A DNA stretch of 64,000 nt from Pseudomonadota bacterium (GCA_043805375.1 JAZDIA010000034.1:9916-73915), one strand, 5' to 3'; numbered from the stretch's first letter, positions 41,502-52,073 are shown. Notes: generated by a model from the letters alone, not told the origin. Numbers and translations are program-made.

Positions 41502-42068
41502 TCAGTCCGGTTTCCGCTGGAACGCCGGATAGATCGCGGCGACGATTTCCCCGTCCGCCGCCCAGGCCTTGCAGCCGTCGATGAAATACGGGCGCTCGGC
41601 CTTGTCTTCGGGGGCACGGGGCGCGACCGGCTGGCCGTCTTCGGGCCAACTGCCCAGCGTCTGAAACGCCACCGTCGCAGCCGGGAGCAACAGTTCGCGC
41701 AGATGGGTGCAGCCTTTCACGCCGCCAACGCACGCCTGCACCGCGTGCCGCCAGCCCGCGCCTATCTTCTTGCCGATCAGTTCTTTAAACGCCGGCGCGA
41801 CCGCGAAACAAGGCGCGTAAGGCGCCGACAGCGTCGCCACCTCGATGTCGCGCACGACCATATCGTTGTCGATGGTCAGCCGCAGCGCCATGTCATGCAC
41901 CGCTTCGCCCGGTTCGCGCAAACCGCGAAACGCCTCGCGATAGCTGAAGGTCTTGGTATCGACGATCCGCGCCTCGATGTCCCAGAGGCCGTCCTCGCGC
42001 TGGTAGCCCTCGCAGCTTATGCTTCGCGCGTGCTTATGGCTGCGCGGCGCCGGTGGCAGCAGATTCAT
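41502..42068 (-). CDS. DUF2889 family protein
   Basis: Start at ATG 42066-42068 (MNLLPPAPRS...). The conserved ...VGGVKGCTHLRELL... motif is recalled as DUF2889. Confidence 0.65.
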   Translation of the reverse strand: MNLLPPAPRSHKHARSISCEGYQREDGLWDIEARIVDTKTFSYREAFRGLREPGEAVHDMALRLTIDNDMVVRDIEVATLSAPYAPCFAVAPAFKELIGKKIGAGWRHAVQACVGGVKGCTHLRELLLPAATVAFQTLGSWPEDGQPVAPRAPEDKAERPYFIDGCKAWAADGEIVAAIYPAFQRKPD

Positions 42069-42098
42069 GGTCTGGTTCCTTTGATCAAGTCGCTTTTT

Positions 42099-42265
42099 GC
42101 GCGGACGAAAAACCGTCCGCGCGGATCGTTGATTGCGCCCGGATGAAAAGCACATCCGCACGCAATCAACGATCTTGTATAAAACCCCAGCACTGTCTTT
42201 GGTTTTTTGATAATAACCGTGTTTTCTGTGCGGATACGCTTTTCATCCGCACAGAAAACACGGTT
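42099..42265. repeat. cluster of three perfect hairpins in the uvrB-DUF2889 spacer
   Basis: H1 is 42099-42122 (9-bp stem gcgcggacg/cgtccgcgc). H2 is 42124-42174 (14-bp outer stem gatcgttgattgcg/cgcaatcaacgatc plus inner stem cggatg/catccg). H3 is 42215-42265 (21-bp stem aaccgtgttttctgtgcggat/atccgcacagaaaacacggtt). H2 and H3 share the 12-nt core cggatgaaaagc in opposite orientations. Confidence 0.9.
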
Positions 42266-42332
42266 GGCGCGCGCAGCGCGCAAATTCGCTCGTCGCATGC
42301 GGCGGTATTCAGAACACCGTACATCGTTTCGC

Positions 42333-44423
<2,091 letters not shown>

Positions 44424-44424
44424 G

Positions 44425-45642
44425 ATGAATACTCCTCACTCCCCTTCCCTGCTAGCCGGCGTGCAAATGGCGCCGCGCGATCCCATCGTGGGTCTGACCG
44501 AAGCCTATAACGCCGACAAGAACCCGAAAAAGGTCAATCTCGGCGTCGGCGTATACACCGGCGATGACGGCAAGGTGCCGCTGCTGGAGTGCGTGCGCCG
44601 CGCCGAGCGCCAGCTGGTCGAGCAACCGAGCGCGCGCAACTACCTGCCTATCGACGGCCTCGCGGCCTACGACAAGGCGGTGCAAAGCCTGGTCTTCGGC
44701 GCCGACAGCCCGGCGCTAAAGGAAGGCCGCATCGTCACCGTGCAGTCGCTGGGCGGTACCGGCGGCCTCAGGGTGGGAGGCGATTTCCTGCGCCGCACCG
44801 CGCCCGATGCCACGCTGTGGATCAGCGATCCGAGCTGGGAAAACCACCGCGCCGTGTTCGAGAGCGCCGGCTTCAAGGTCAATACCTACCCCTATTACGA
44901 TGCCAAGACCCGCGGCGTCGACTTCGACGGCATGCTAGCGGCGCTCAAGACCATGCCGGCCGGGGATATCGTGCTGCTGCACGCCTGCTGCCACAATCCA
45001 ACCGGCGTCGACCTGAGCGAAGCGCAATGGGCCGACGTCGTCGCGACCATCGGCGCGCGCGGCCTGGTGCCTTTCGTCGACATCGCCTACCAGGGCTTAG
45101 GCGACGGCCTCGATGCCGACGGCAGCGCCGTGCGCCACTTCGCCCTGAGCGGCCTGCCGCTGTTCGTGGCGAATTCGTTTTCCAAGTCGTTCTCGCTCTA
45201 CGGCGAGCGCGTGGGCAGCCTGAACGTGGTTGCCGGAAGCAGCGAGGAAGGCGCGCGCGTCCTGTCGCAGATCAAGCGCCTGGTGCGCTCCAATTACTCC
45301 AACCCGCCGACCCACGGCAGCAAGATCGTCGCCGCGGTGCTTACGACGCCGGAACTGCGCGCGCTGTGGGTGCAGGAACTGGGGCAGATGCGCGAGCGCA
45401 TCAAGTCCATGAGAAAACTTCTGGTCGATACGATCCATGCGCGCGTGCCCGGCGTCAACTTCGGCTTCGTCAGGCGCCAGCGCGGCATGTTTTCGTATTC
45501 CGGCCTGACGCGCGACCAGGTGGTGCGCATGCGCGAGGAATTCGCGGTCTATGCGATCGAGAGCGGGCGCATCTGCGTGGCTGCGCTCAACACCGGGAAC
45601 GTGGACTACTCCGCTGACGCCATTGCCAAGGTGATCGGCTAG
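44425..45642 (+). CDS. aspartate/aromatic-amino-acid aminotransferase (class I)
   Basis: 405 aa with the PLP-Lys context [15 protein letters not shown] and the N-terminal APRDPIVGL motif. The true start may be GTG 44461 or ATG 44467. Confidence 0.85.
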   Translation: MNTPHSPSLLAGVQMAPRDPIVGLTEAYNADKNPKKVNLGVGVYTGDDGKVPLLECVRRAERQLVEQPSARNYLPIDGLAAYDKAVQSLVFGADSPALKEGRIVTVQSLGGTGGLRVGGDFLRRTAPDATLWISDPSWENHRAVFESAGFKVNTYPYYDAKTRGVDFDGMLAALKTMPAGDIVLLHACCHNPTGVDLSEAQWADVVATIGARGLVPFVDIAYQGLGDGLDADGSAVRHFALSGLPLFVANSFSKSFSLYGERVGSLNVVAGSSEEGARVLSQIKRLVRSNYSNPPTHGSKIVAAVLTTPELRALWVQELGQMRERIKSMRKLLVDTIHARVPGVNFGFVRRQRGMFSYSGLTRDQVVRMREEFAVYAIESGRICVAALNTGNVDYSADAIAKVIG

Positions 45643-45740
45643 GGCATGCTTGCTGCGGGAACGGCGTAAATGGGGGGGGAACAGGGTGAGGTGAATGCCG
45701 GGCTGATTCGTTTTTCACTCGGGCAGCGCTTCAATTTCAA

Positions 45741-45770
45741 TTGACCCGCCCCCCTCCCTGCCGTTAAAAT
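45741..45770 (+). promoter_or_regulatory. sigma-70-type promoter for tRNA-Asn
   Basis: TTGACC (45741-45746), a 17-bp spacer, then TTAAAAT (45764-45770), followed by a GC-rich discriminator (gcgcc). It lies about 40 nt upstream of the tRNA. Confidence 0.5.
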
Positions 45771-45808
45771 ATGCGCCTTTCTGAGCCCGACTCAACCGGG
45801 TTCACCGT

Positions 45809-45884
45809 TCCCCGATAGCTCAGCCGGTAGAGCGACGGACTGTTAATCCGCAGGTCCGAGGTTCGAACCCTCGTCGGGGAGCCA
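45809..45884 (+). tRNA. tRNA-Asn (anticodon GUU)
   Basis: Hand-folded 76-nt cloverleaf. Acceptor tccccga/tcgggga, D arm gctc-agccggta-gagc, anticodon loop ctGTTaa, T arm cgagg-ttcgaac-cctcg, and an encoded CCA. Confidence 0.93.
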
Positions 45885-45888
45885 ATAT

Positions 45889-45922
45889 CAGAGCCAATCT
45901 CCAAAGGATTGGCTCTTTTTTG
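45889..45922 (+). terminator. Rho-independent terminator after tRNA-Asn
   Basis: Stem agagccaatc/gattggctct with a 7-8 nt loop, followed by tttttt. Confidence 0.6.
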
Positions 45923-46267
45923 TTCAGCCATGTATCCACTGTGTATCCGCTCGGAATCAGCCAACAAAAAGCCCGCCGAAGCGGGCTCTTGATCCTGCTA
46001 CCGCCGGCGCGGTCAGTGCAGCGAAACCTCGGGGTGGTTCGCTTTGCGCTCGTGCAGTTCGTGCTCGCGCAGTACCTGCTCGCGGGTCGGACCGGCTCCC
46101 TCGTTGATTTCCCGCTCGGTCGCTTGCTTGTAGAGCGCCGGTTCAGTTGGGTAACCCAGCTCAGTCCTGCTGCAATGGTCGCTCAGGGCCGAACAGAATC
46201 CGGCAACGCATTCGTCACCATGCGCGGCGCCCCGCTTGCCTGAGACCGTCAGGCGGCGGTTAAGCCC

Positions 46268-46573
46268 TTATGCAGCTTCAAGCCGCTCGATGCGTTCATA
46301 TCCTCCGCGCTGCTCAAGCGTCCAGACATCGACGGCCTGCTGCATGCGTAGCCATATCTCCGGACCATTGCCCAGCAGCTTGCCCAAGCGGATCGCCATG
46401 TCCGCGGTCACGCTGCGCTTTTCAAGCAGCACCTCCGAAACCGTCAGGCGCGAAACCCCAAGGCGGTCGGCAAATTCCTTTTGCGTCAGCCCCAGCGCCG
46501 GCAGCACGTCCTCGCGCAAGATTTCGCCCGGGTGCGTTGGGCGTCGGTTCGGGTTTCTCAAGGTCTTAGCCAT
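46268..46573 (-). CDS. higA: HigA-family antitoxin (XRE-type HTH)
   Basis: 101 aa with HPGEILREDVLPALGLTQKEFADRLGVSRLTVSEVL, a HigA/VapI-type HTH. It overlaps the toxin stop by 1 nt. Confidence 0.8.
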   Translation of the reverse strand: MAKTLRNPNRRPTHPGEILREDVLPALGLTQKEFADRLGVSRLTVSEVLLEKRSVTADMAIRLGKLLGNGPEIWLRMQQAVDVWTLEQRGGYERIERLEAA

Positions 46574-46851
46574 CAGTGATAGTCCTCCAGGTTAAGGTCG
46601 GTCGCGTTCTCACCAACAAAGCGGAACGCGATGCGCCAGTTTCCCGATACAGTCATCGCCCATTCTCCCTTCCGGTCGAATTTCAGCGGGTGCAGGTGCA
46701 TGCCGGCAATATCCAACTGCTCCACAGTGGTTGCCTCTTCGATCAGGTCAAGTATGCGGCGAATGCGCGGCCCGTGCTTGGCATTGATCGCGCGAGCGTC
46801 ATCGTTCTTGAAGAATCGTTCGATGCCCTTGTGTCGGAAATTCTTAATCAT
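46573..46851 (-). CDS. higB: HigB-like RelE/ParE-superfamily toxin
   Basis: 92 aa (MIKNFRHKGIERFF...WRIAFRF...DLNLEDYH), the 'plasmid maintenance system killer' pattern. The toxin lies upstream of the antitoxin, as in higBA. Confidence 0.8.
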   Translation of the reverse strand: MIKNFRHKGIERFFKNDDARAINAKHGPRIRRILDLIEEATTVEQLDIAGMHLHPLKFDRKGEWAMTVSGNWRIAFRFVGENATDLNLEDYH

Positions 46852-46860
46852 GGAAGTAGT

Positions 46861-46899
46861 GTAATCGTATTAAATACGTTATGCAATAGCTTAGATTAC
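46861..46899. promoter_or_regulatory. nested palindromes upstream of higB (candidate operator)
   Basis: cgtatt-a-aatacg (46866-46878) is nested within gtaatc...gattac (46861-46866 and 46894-46899), 10-50 nt upstream of the higB start. Confidence 0.3.
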
Positions 46900-47180
46900 A
46901 TTTTCTCAAGCTGTTACCGCAGGTAAGCCCTCGGATGCGGAGCGGGGAAAACGCGCTAGAACGGTCTGCAAGGCGTTTGCCGCCGTGCCGGCGCCAGAGT
47001 ACCAGCCGTGGACGACTGCGCAGCGGGACAGCCGCAGGCGCAACGCTGAGGGCCGCTGCGTCGAGGTCGCCATAGCCGAGTTCAGCACGCTGTCGAGCCG
47101 GGCGATTGCGGAGATGTGCGGGGTCGGGCACCAATTCGTCAGCATGGTTCGGTTGTCGGCGCGCGCCAACACTGATCGCC

Positions 47181-47206
47181 CCATAACGCGCAGGCTGGTC
47201 AATCTG
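47181..47206 (+). repeat. 26-bp direct repeat, copy A
   Basis: ccataacgcgcaggctggtcaatctg matches 25 of 26 positions in copy B, 1900 bp downstream. Confidence 0.9.
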
Positions 47207-47280
47207 ATTTCTCTAAGCTTGCGCCGACCGCGTCCAAGCCCGACTGCAACAAGTCACTGCGCCTGGATTAGGAGAACCCG

Positions 47281-47907
47281 CTACTGTTTAGGACGAAACC
47301 CCTGCGAAGGACCGGGCGTTGGACGTTGCCCCACTCCTGGGCGCGCCGCCCCTTGAGGCTGTCGCGGAGTAACAACTGCACTCTGTGGCGGTCTCGGATT
47401 AACACCCGCACTCGGTGGTCGTTGGACGGGACGGTCAGCCGGCATTGGACGCTGCTCTCCTCCTGGACGTGGCCCGAGTTGTGGCTGTCGCGGATTAATG
47501 GTTGCGCGCGGTGGCAGGTGACTCCATTGCGGCATCTGCCTGTACCAGGGCCGGCCGATGTAGTGATCCTGCCAGTAACTACCGCTGATGAAAGTGACAA
47601 CGCCAATACCGATCGCGGCACCGTAGTTAATCACGGGAACATTCGCCCCTTGGTAGGAATAGGCGATGTTACGTGCATACACCCAGCCCCTGTTTGGCCC
47701 CGCAATAACATCACACCAGCTGTAATCTTGCAGACACCCCTGAACATCCACGGTAAACCCACCTCCTAGGATCGCCACCACGGGATAGTCTCTGGCGGGT
47801 CCGGCGCGCAGGTGGGCAGTCTTGGCGGTATAAGCCACCTGTGCACTTGCTGCAACCGGAAGGGCGAGCGTTGCCGCGGCAAGAACCAGCACTTTCAGAT
47901 AGTTCAT
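47281..47907 (-). CDS. secreted SH3b-domain protein with a Pro/Gln-rich tail
   Basis: 208 aa with a signal peptide (ALPVAASAQ) and an SH3b-like LRAGPARDYPVVAILGGGFTVDVQGCLQDYSWCDV..GWV. The C-terminal repeats are NPRQPQ, NPRPPQ and TPRQPQ. Confidence 0.65.
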   Translation of the reverse strand: MNYLKVLVLAAATLALPVAASAQVAYTAKTAHLRAGPARDYPVVAILGGGFTVDVQGCLQDYSWCDVIAGPNRGWVYARNIAYSYQGANVPVINYGAAIGIGVVTFISGSYWQDHYIGRPWYRQMPQWSHLPPRATINPRQPQLGPRPGGEQRPMPADRPVQRPPSAGVNPRPPQSAVVTPRQPQGAARPGVGQRPTPGPSQGFRPKQ

Positions 47908-48340
47908 ATTTCACCCCCTTTTCTGTTCTATTACTGCCATGAGATAGCGATAAATACGACGCCATGAAACTTGGATCTCGAAGAATATTGCTAGGCGCGG
48001 GCGACATTCCACCATCTTCGTTAGCGCCTCACATTCCACCAGGGATACCACTTTCATGATTTATCGCTACAGTCGCTCCACAGGAGTTCAGGCTAGCAAG
48101 TTCGCGCGACGATAGTGGTAAGCAATTGTTTCAATCTGTAAGCGGCGGCTTGTGTCGGCCAGGTCCGTTGCTATCCAGCGTAGCGGGCGAGGCGCATAGC
48201 TCCACAGGGACCCCCCCACCCCTTGCGTAGGACGCCACGGCGGGTCCGTCCTGTCGATTTATGCTACCGTGGTGCCGTATCCGTAGGCTCCCGTGTTACC
48301 GCAACGGGGGGTGTACGGCCAAGTGCGGAAAGCACAACGT

Positions 48341-48889
48341 ATGAATACAAACATAATCATTGAGATCTTCCTGGCGTTTGTGGTGTCGTTTGCCGGTAGG
48401 GGTCTTTGGCAAGTGCTGAAGCGCAACGGCTTCGTTGTAAGCGTAATGCGCGATGAATCAATCCTATCCAATCTAATTTCCCGCAGCAGGTTGAACAGTG
48501 CGTCACCAGTCATTACTGTCTGGGCACAAAAACTTCCAAGCGGAAATTCCGGATACTTCGGATACCCCGTAAATATCCAAGTTTTGATTGCTGCGGACAA
48601 GGGGGCGGAGCGCAAGATGAAAATAATGTCGGGATTCGTGCTGTTGGGAGTAGTACTCGGAAGCTACCTCTTGGGCACAGTGTATCTTGCCATTAACGTG
48701 ATCATCATTTTCCTTTCCGCGATACCGGGCATCTCCGCGCCGACCCGTGACAACGCTTTAATCTATGTTATGCAACTGGCTGTCATCCTCGACAAGTGGC
48801 GTGCAGAAAATGCAACCGAGTGCGAGCAGTGGATCGACCAAGCGTGGAGCCTTCGCCCACTTTATAACGCGGTAAAGACCGCTCGATGA
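48341..48889 (+). CDS. hypothetical membrane protein
   Basis: Start at MNTNIIIEIFLAFVVSF. There are about three hydrophobic helices and no recognisable family. Confidence 0.4.
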   Translation: MNTNIIIEIFLAFVVSFAGRGLWQVLKRNGFVVSVMRDESILSNLISRSRLNSASPVITVWAQKLPSGNSGYFGYPVNIQVLIAADKGAERKMKIMSGFVLLGVVLGSYLLGTVYLAINVIIIFLSAIPGISAPTRDNALIYVMQLAVILDKWRAENATECEQWIDQAWSLRPLYNAVKTAR

Positions 48890-49055
48890 CTTGTAGCCGA
48901 TGCGAACCGCCTGTGAGCACCACGCCAACTCAATCGCCTCTAGTGCCCCGCCGCACAGTACATTGTGGTCCGTTGCTGCGCGGTCAGCATTGACCGTCGT
49001 GCGCGACTTGCGCTGACCACCCCTCACCCACCCAATTCCTTGGCTGGATGAGCGT

Positions 49056-49829
49056 TTGGTGAGGCTTCACCCCGATTACGCCATAACGCGCAGGCCGGTC
49101 AATCTGCTCCGCGCCAACAACAGAATTTGGGTCATAATGACAGAAGATCGATTTAAGGGAGCCTGGATCAAGATGCTTACGACCGATATTGGCAAGCGCA
49201 TCGAGCTGGTGTCGATGGATTCCCATTGCCTTGATATCTCGATTGCACTTTATCTGCAGGACCACGGTCAAGGGCCGGAGTTTCTCGTTCATACCTACAG
49301 CCGTCACCTGGAAGCGATACAGCGGGTCGATTTCATCTGCCGGGGAATGATCATCCTAGGAGGAATGGAATTCGTCCAGAATGGGTCGGGCCGGGTTCGA
49401 TTTTCCTGCCATGGAGATCATCTGAAGGCTTGCGCAAGGGTCTTTCTTGAAGTTTGCAAGTTGCCGAATGGAAGTCCGTTGGCGCCAAAAGAGTTGCTGA
49501 TCTTTGATAAGAAATCGAACCGGAATATCCGCGTGATCTCGGGTCCGGGAAGCGTCCGCCAGTTGACGGCGGATGGCCCGGACAATGAGGAGAAAACCCT
49601 CCGCATGTCTGCTGTGGCTCAGGGATTGACCAAACTTGCCGAATTGCAAGTGGGTGGACAAGGCACGAATCAGCTTTCCTTTTCCTGCGGCCAGACTCAC
49701 GATCGATTGATTGGTCTTTTGCTCGCGAGGTCCTTGAACGTCAGGGCCGTGCTGCGGGAGCAGGAGTTGGCGGCAGGGAGAGGCATTCTTTCTGCGCCCA
49801 GCGCCCGGAATGAGTCGATGAATCTCTAG
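49056..49829 (+). CDS. hypothetical protein immediately upstream of the corrinoid methyltransferase genes
   Basis: 257-aa ORF with a GTG start at 49056 preceded by ggatgag. An alternative ATG at 49137 gives MTEDRFKGAW. No recognisable motif. Composition matches the downstream lower-GC cassette. Confidence 0.45.
   Translation: MVRLHPDYAITRRPVNLLRANNRIWVIMTEDRFKGAWIKMLTTDIGKRIELVSMDSHCLDISIALYLQDHGQGPEFLVHTYSRHLEAIQRVDFICRGMIILGGMEFVQNGSGRVRFSCHGDHLKACARVFLEVCKLPNGSPLAPKELLIFDKKSNRNIRVISGPGSVRQLTADGPDNEEKTLRMSAVAQGLTKLAELQVGGQGTNQLSFSCGQTHDRLIGLLLARSLNVRAVLREQELAAGRGILSAPSARNESMNL
49081..49106 (+). repeat. 26-bp direct repeat, copy B
   Basis: ccataacgcgcaggccggtcaatctg lies inside the 5' end of ORF 49056-49829. 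Confidence 0.9.
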
Positions 49830-49873
49830 GTCAGCGCGTATCCCCTGTTGACAAACGGGTGAAGGAGTATGTG

Positions 49874-50947
49874 ATGCATAGCTTGAGTCAGATCATTCCT
49901 CCCATGACCGGGCGGCAGCGCGTTTTGGCGGCTTTGCGCCGGGAGCCCGTGGATCAAACGCCCGTTTGCAATCCAACCTCGGTTGCCACCGTGGAGCTGA
50001 TGGACCTGGTGGACGCCCCATTTCCGGATGCTAATCGCGTCCCGGAAAAAATGGCCCGTCTGGCCGCAACCGGGCACACCGAGTTGGGGTTCGATAGTGT
50101 GATGCCGGTCTTCAGCGTTATCCAGGAGTCTTCCGCTTTGGGCTGCAAGATTCAGTGGGAACAGAAAGACAATTGGCCTACCGTAAAAATGCGCGAACCG
50201 ATCTGGGAGGATGTCGGCGATATCCGGATTTCTCCGAATCTTCTGGATCATCCCGACATGCAGTGCGTCGTTCAGGCGATCAAGATCCTCAGAAGAGAGT
50301 TGGGCAATGAGGTCGCCATCATCGGAAAGACAATGGGGCCCTGGTCACTGGCTTATCATTGTTTTGGCGTGGAGCCTTTCCTGCTGTTGTCTTCAGATGA
50401 CCCCGGCAAGACCAAAGCTGTCCTCGACAAGCTCAAGGAAATCACGGTCCTGTTCGGTTTAGCCCAGATTGAGGCGGGAGCAGATGCTTTGACGTTACCC
50501 GATCATGCCACGGGTGATTTGGTCAGCGGCGAATACTACGCCAGGTACTTGCGTGATCTTCACAGGGAATTTGCCGAGCGACTGCCTGCCCCGATTATTC
50601 TTCATATTTGCGGCAAGACCACGGATCGCATGGAATACATCGCGCAGACAGGAATGGCCGCTTTTCATTTCGACTCGAAAAACGATCCGGGTGAATCCAT
50701 GAACATCGTGCAAAAGCGCATTTCCCTGGTAGGGAATATCAATAACCCGGAGACGCTTTTCTCGAAAGGTCCTGAAGAGGTTCGTCTGGAAGTCTATAAG
50801 AATTTGGAGGCCGGGGTGCAACTGGTCGGACCCGAATGCGCTATACCGCTTCAGACAGCCATTGAGAATTTGAAGGAAATTCCCAAGGCGGTGCGCGACT
50901 GGCATCGGGCGCAGCGCACCAAGGTGGCAGCAGGAACCACTGCCTGA
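49874..50947 (+). CDS. URO-D/MtaA-family, Zn-type corrinoid methyltransferase
   Basis: aaggag RBS followed by ATG 49874. About 357 aa. The H-x-C...C zinc-ligand pattern of MtaA/MtbA-type enzymes is present (ILHICGKT ... VGPECAIP). Length and layout fit the uroporphyrinogen-decarboxylase fold. Confidence 0.8.
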   Translation: MHSLSQIIPPMTGRQRVLAALRREPVDQTPVCNPTSVATVELMDLVDAPFPDANRVPEKMARLAATGHTELGFDSVMPVFSVIQESSALGCKIQWEQKDNWPTVKMREPIWEDVGDIRISPNLLDHPDMQCVVQAIKILRRELGNEVAIIGKTMGPWSLAYHCFGVEPFLLLSSDDPGKTKAVLDKLKEITVLFGLAQIEAGADALTLPDHATGDLVSGEYYARYLRDLHREFAERLPAPIILHICGKTTDRMEYIAQTGMAAFHFDSKNDPGESMNIVQKRISLVGNINNPETLFSKGPEEVRLEVYKNLEAGVQLVGPECAIPLQTAIENLKEIPKAVRDWHRAQRTKVAAGTTA

Positions 50948-51066
50948 ATCCGGAACCGGCTGTATGGCGGGCCCCTCTTGTGGCCGGCCATCCGCCGGAC
51001 GGCGGCCGGGGCGTCAGCCACCTTGGCTGCAACTCCTGCCTACATTCCATTTTTGATGAGGTCAGC

Positions 51067-51831
51067 ATGGTAGAAGTCAAGGATATTCAAAATGAGTTCA
51101 TTCGAACGGAAATTGAAGAGTTTATTGAACGGCCCGAGGAACGTGCGCGCATCATCCAAGTGTTTTCCAAGGCGCATCCGGATCTCCAGGCCATTGCGGC
51201 AGCCCTGATCGAAGGGGAGAACAAGCTCGTTGACCAGTTGACCCGCCGAGCCCTGGATACGGGTTTTGAGGCGTTGGATGTCATGGACAACGGATTGATT
51301 GCCGGGATGGCAATCGTGGCGATCAAATTCCGGCAGTCCTTCATTTATGTTCCAGAGGTTTTGACCTGCGCTCGCGCTATGAGAGCTGGGATGTGTCACA
51401 TTGAGCCGATCCTTTCGGCCTCGGGCATTAAACCCGTGGGTACGGTGATCATGGGAACGGTCAAGGGTGACCTTCATGACATTGGGAAGAACCTTTGCAT
51501 CATGATGTTACGAGGAACGGGTTTTATCGTCCATGACCTGGGGGTAGACACATCGTCGGACCGTTTCATCGAGGCCGTCGAAGAACACCATGCGCCTCTC
51601 CTGGGGATGTCGGCTCTGTTGACGACAACCATGCCCAACATGGGCAAAACGATCGAAGCCTTCATCGATGCAGGACTTCGGGATAAGATCAAAATCATGG
51701 TGGGAGGAACTCCAGTCACTCAGGAATTTGCCGATGACATGGGTGCCGATGGCTACGGCAAGGATGCCATGGCATGCGTGTCGTTGGCGAAACAGTTGCT
51801 TGGCGTGGAGGCCGGTGTGAGGAATCCGTAA
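51067..51831 (+). CDS. corrinoid (cobalamin-binding) protein
   Basis: Start at MVEVKDIQ. An N-terminal helical cap region is followed by a Rossmann domain with the full DxHxxG / SxL / GG cobalamin-binding motif set (GDLHDIGKN, MSALLTTT, MVGGTPV). Confidence 0.9.
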   Translation: MVEVKDIQNEFIRTEIEEFIERPEERARIIQVFSKAHPDLQAIAAALIEGENKLVDQLTRRALDTGFEALDVMDNGLIAGMAIVAIKFRQSFIYVPEVLTCARAMRAGMCHIEPILSASGIKPVGTVIMGTVKGDLHDIGKNLCIMMLRGTGFIVHDLGVDTSSDRFIEAVEEHHAPLLGMSALLTTTMPNMGKTIEAFIDAGLRDKIKIMVGGTPVTQEFADDMGADGYGKDAMACVSLAKQLLGVEAGVRNP

Positions 51832-51833
51832 AA

Positions 51834-52073
51834 ATGCAAAAAATCGATCCGGAGCAATATCAAAAACGTCTTGACCACATTACGGAATTATTTACCAGTA
51901 TGGTTGTTCACGCCGATGAACTCTCGAAAAGCCGCTGCCCCTATAAGAACCGCCTCAATCAGTGCACCGCACACGTTGGATGCCGGAACAAGACGAAACC
52001 TGCGGAAACGGGCAGCCCGCCAATCTGTGCCGGGGATGACAAGTTAGACTACCGCGGCGCCTGGGAAACATAG
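51834..52073 (+). CDS. 79-aa four-cysteine protein of unknown function
   Basis: The ATG lies 2 nt after the corrinoid-protein stop. Sequence MQKIDPEQYQKRLDHITELF...SRCPYKNRLNQCTAHVGCRNKTKPAETGSPPICAGDD, with spacing C-x8-C-x5-C-x16-C. Confidence 0.5.
   Translation: MQKIDPEQYQKRLDHITELFTSMVVHADELSKSRCPYKNRLNQCTAHVGCRNKTKPAETGSPPICAGDDKLDYRGAWET

Noticed and set aside
45920-46243. 107-aa plus-strand ORF, and a start-less ~90-codon minus-strand frame, just inside the island's left end (candidate integrase remnant)
   Set aside because: Neither frame shows integrase motifs (no R..H.R.Y pattern), and the minus frame lacks any ATG, GTG or TTG start. The region is left unannotated.
47908-48340. Possible cobalamin riboswitch or other leader upstream of the island's lower-GC genes
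   Set aside because: I looked for the B12-box and conserved GCCACTG-type core and found only a stray ggtgcc. I cannot support a riboswitch without an Infernal scan.
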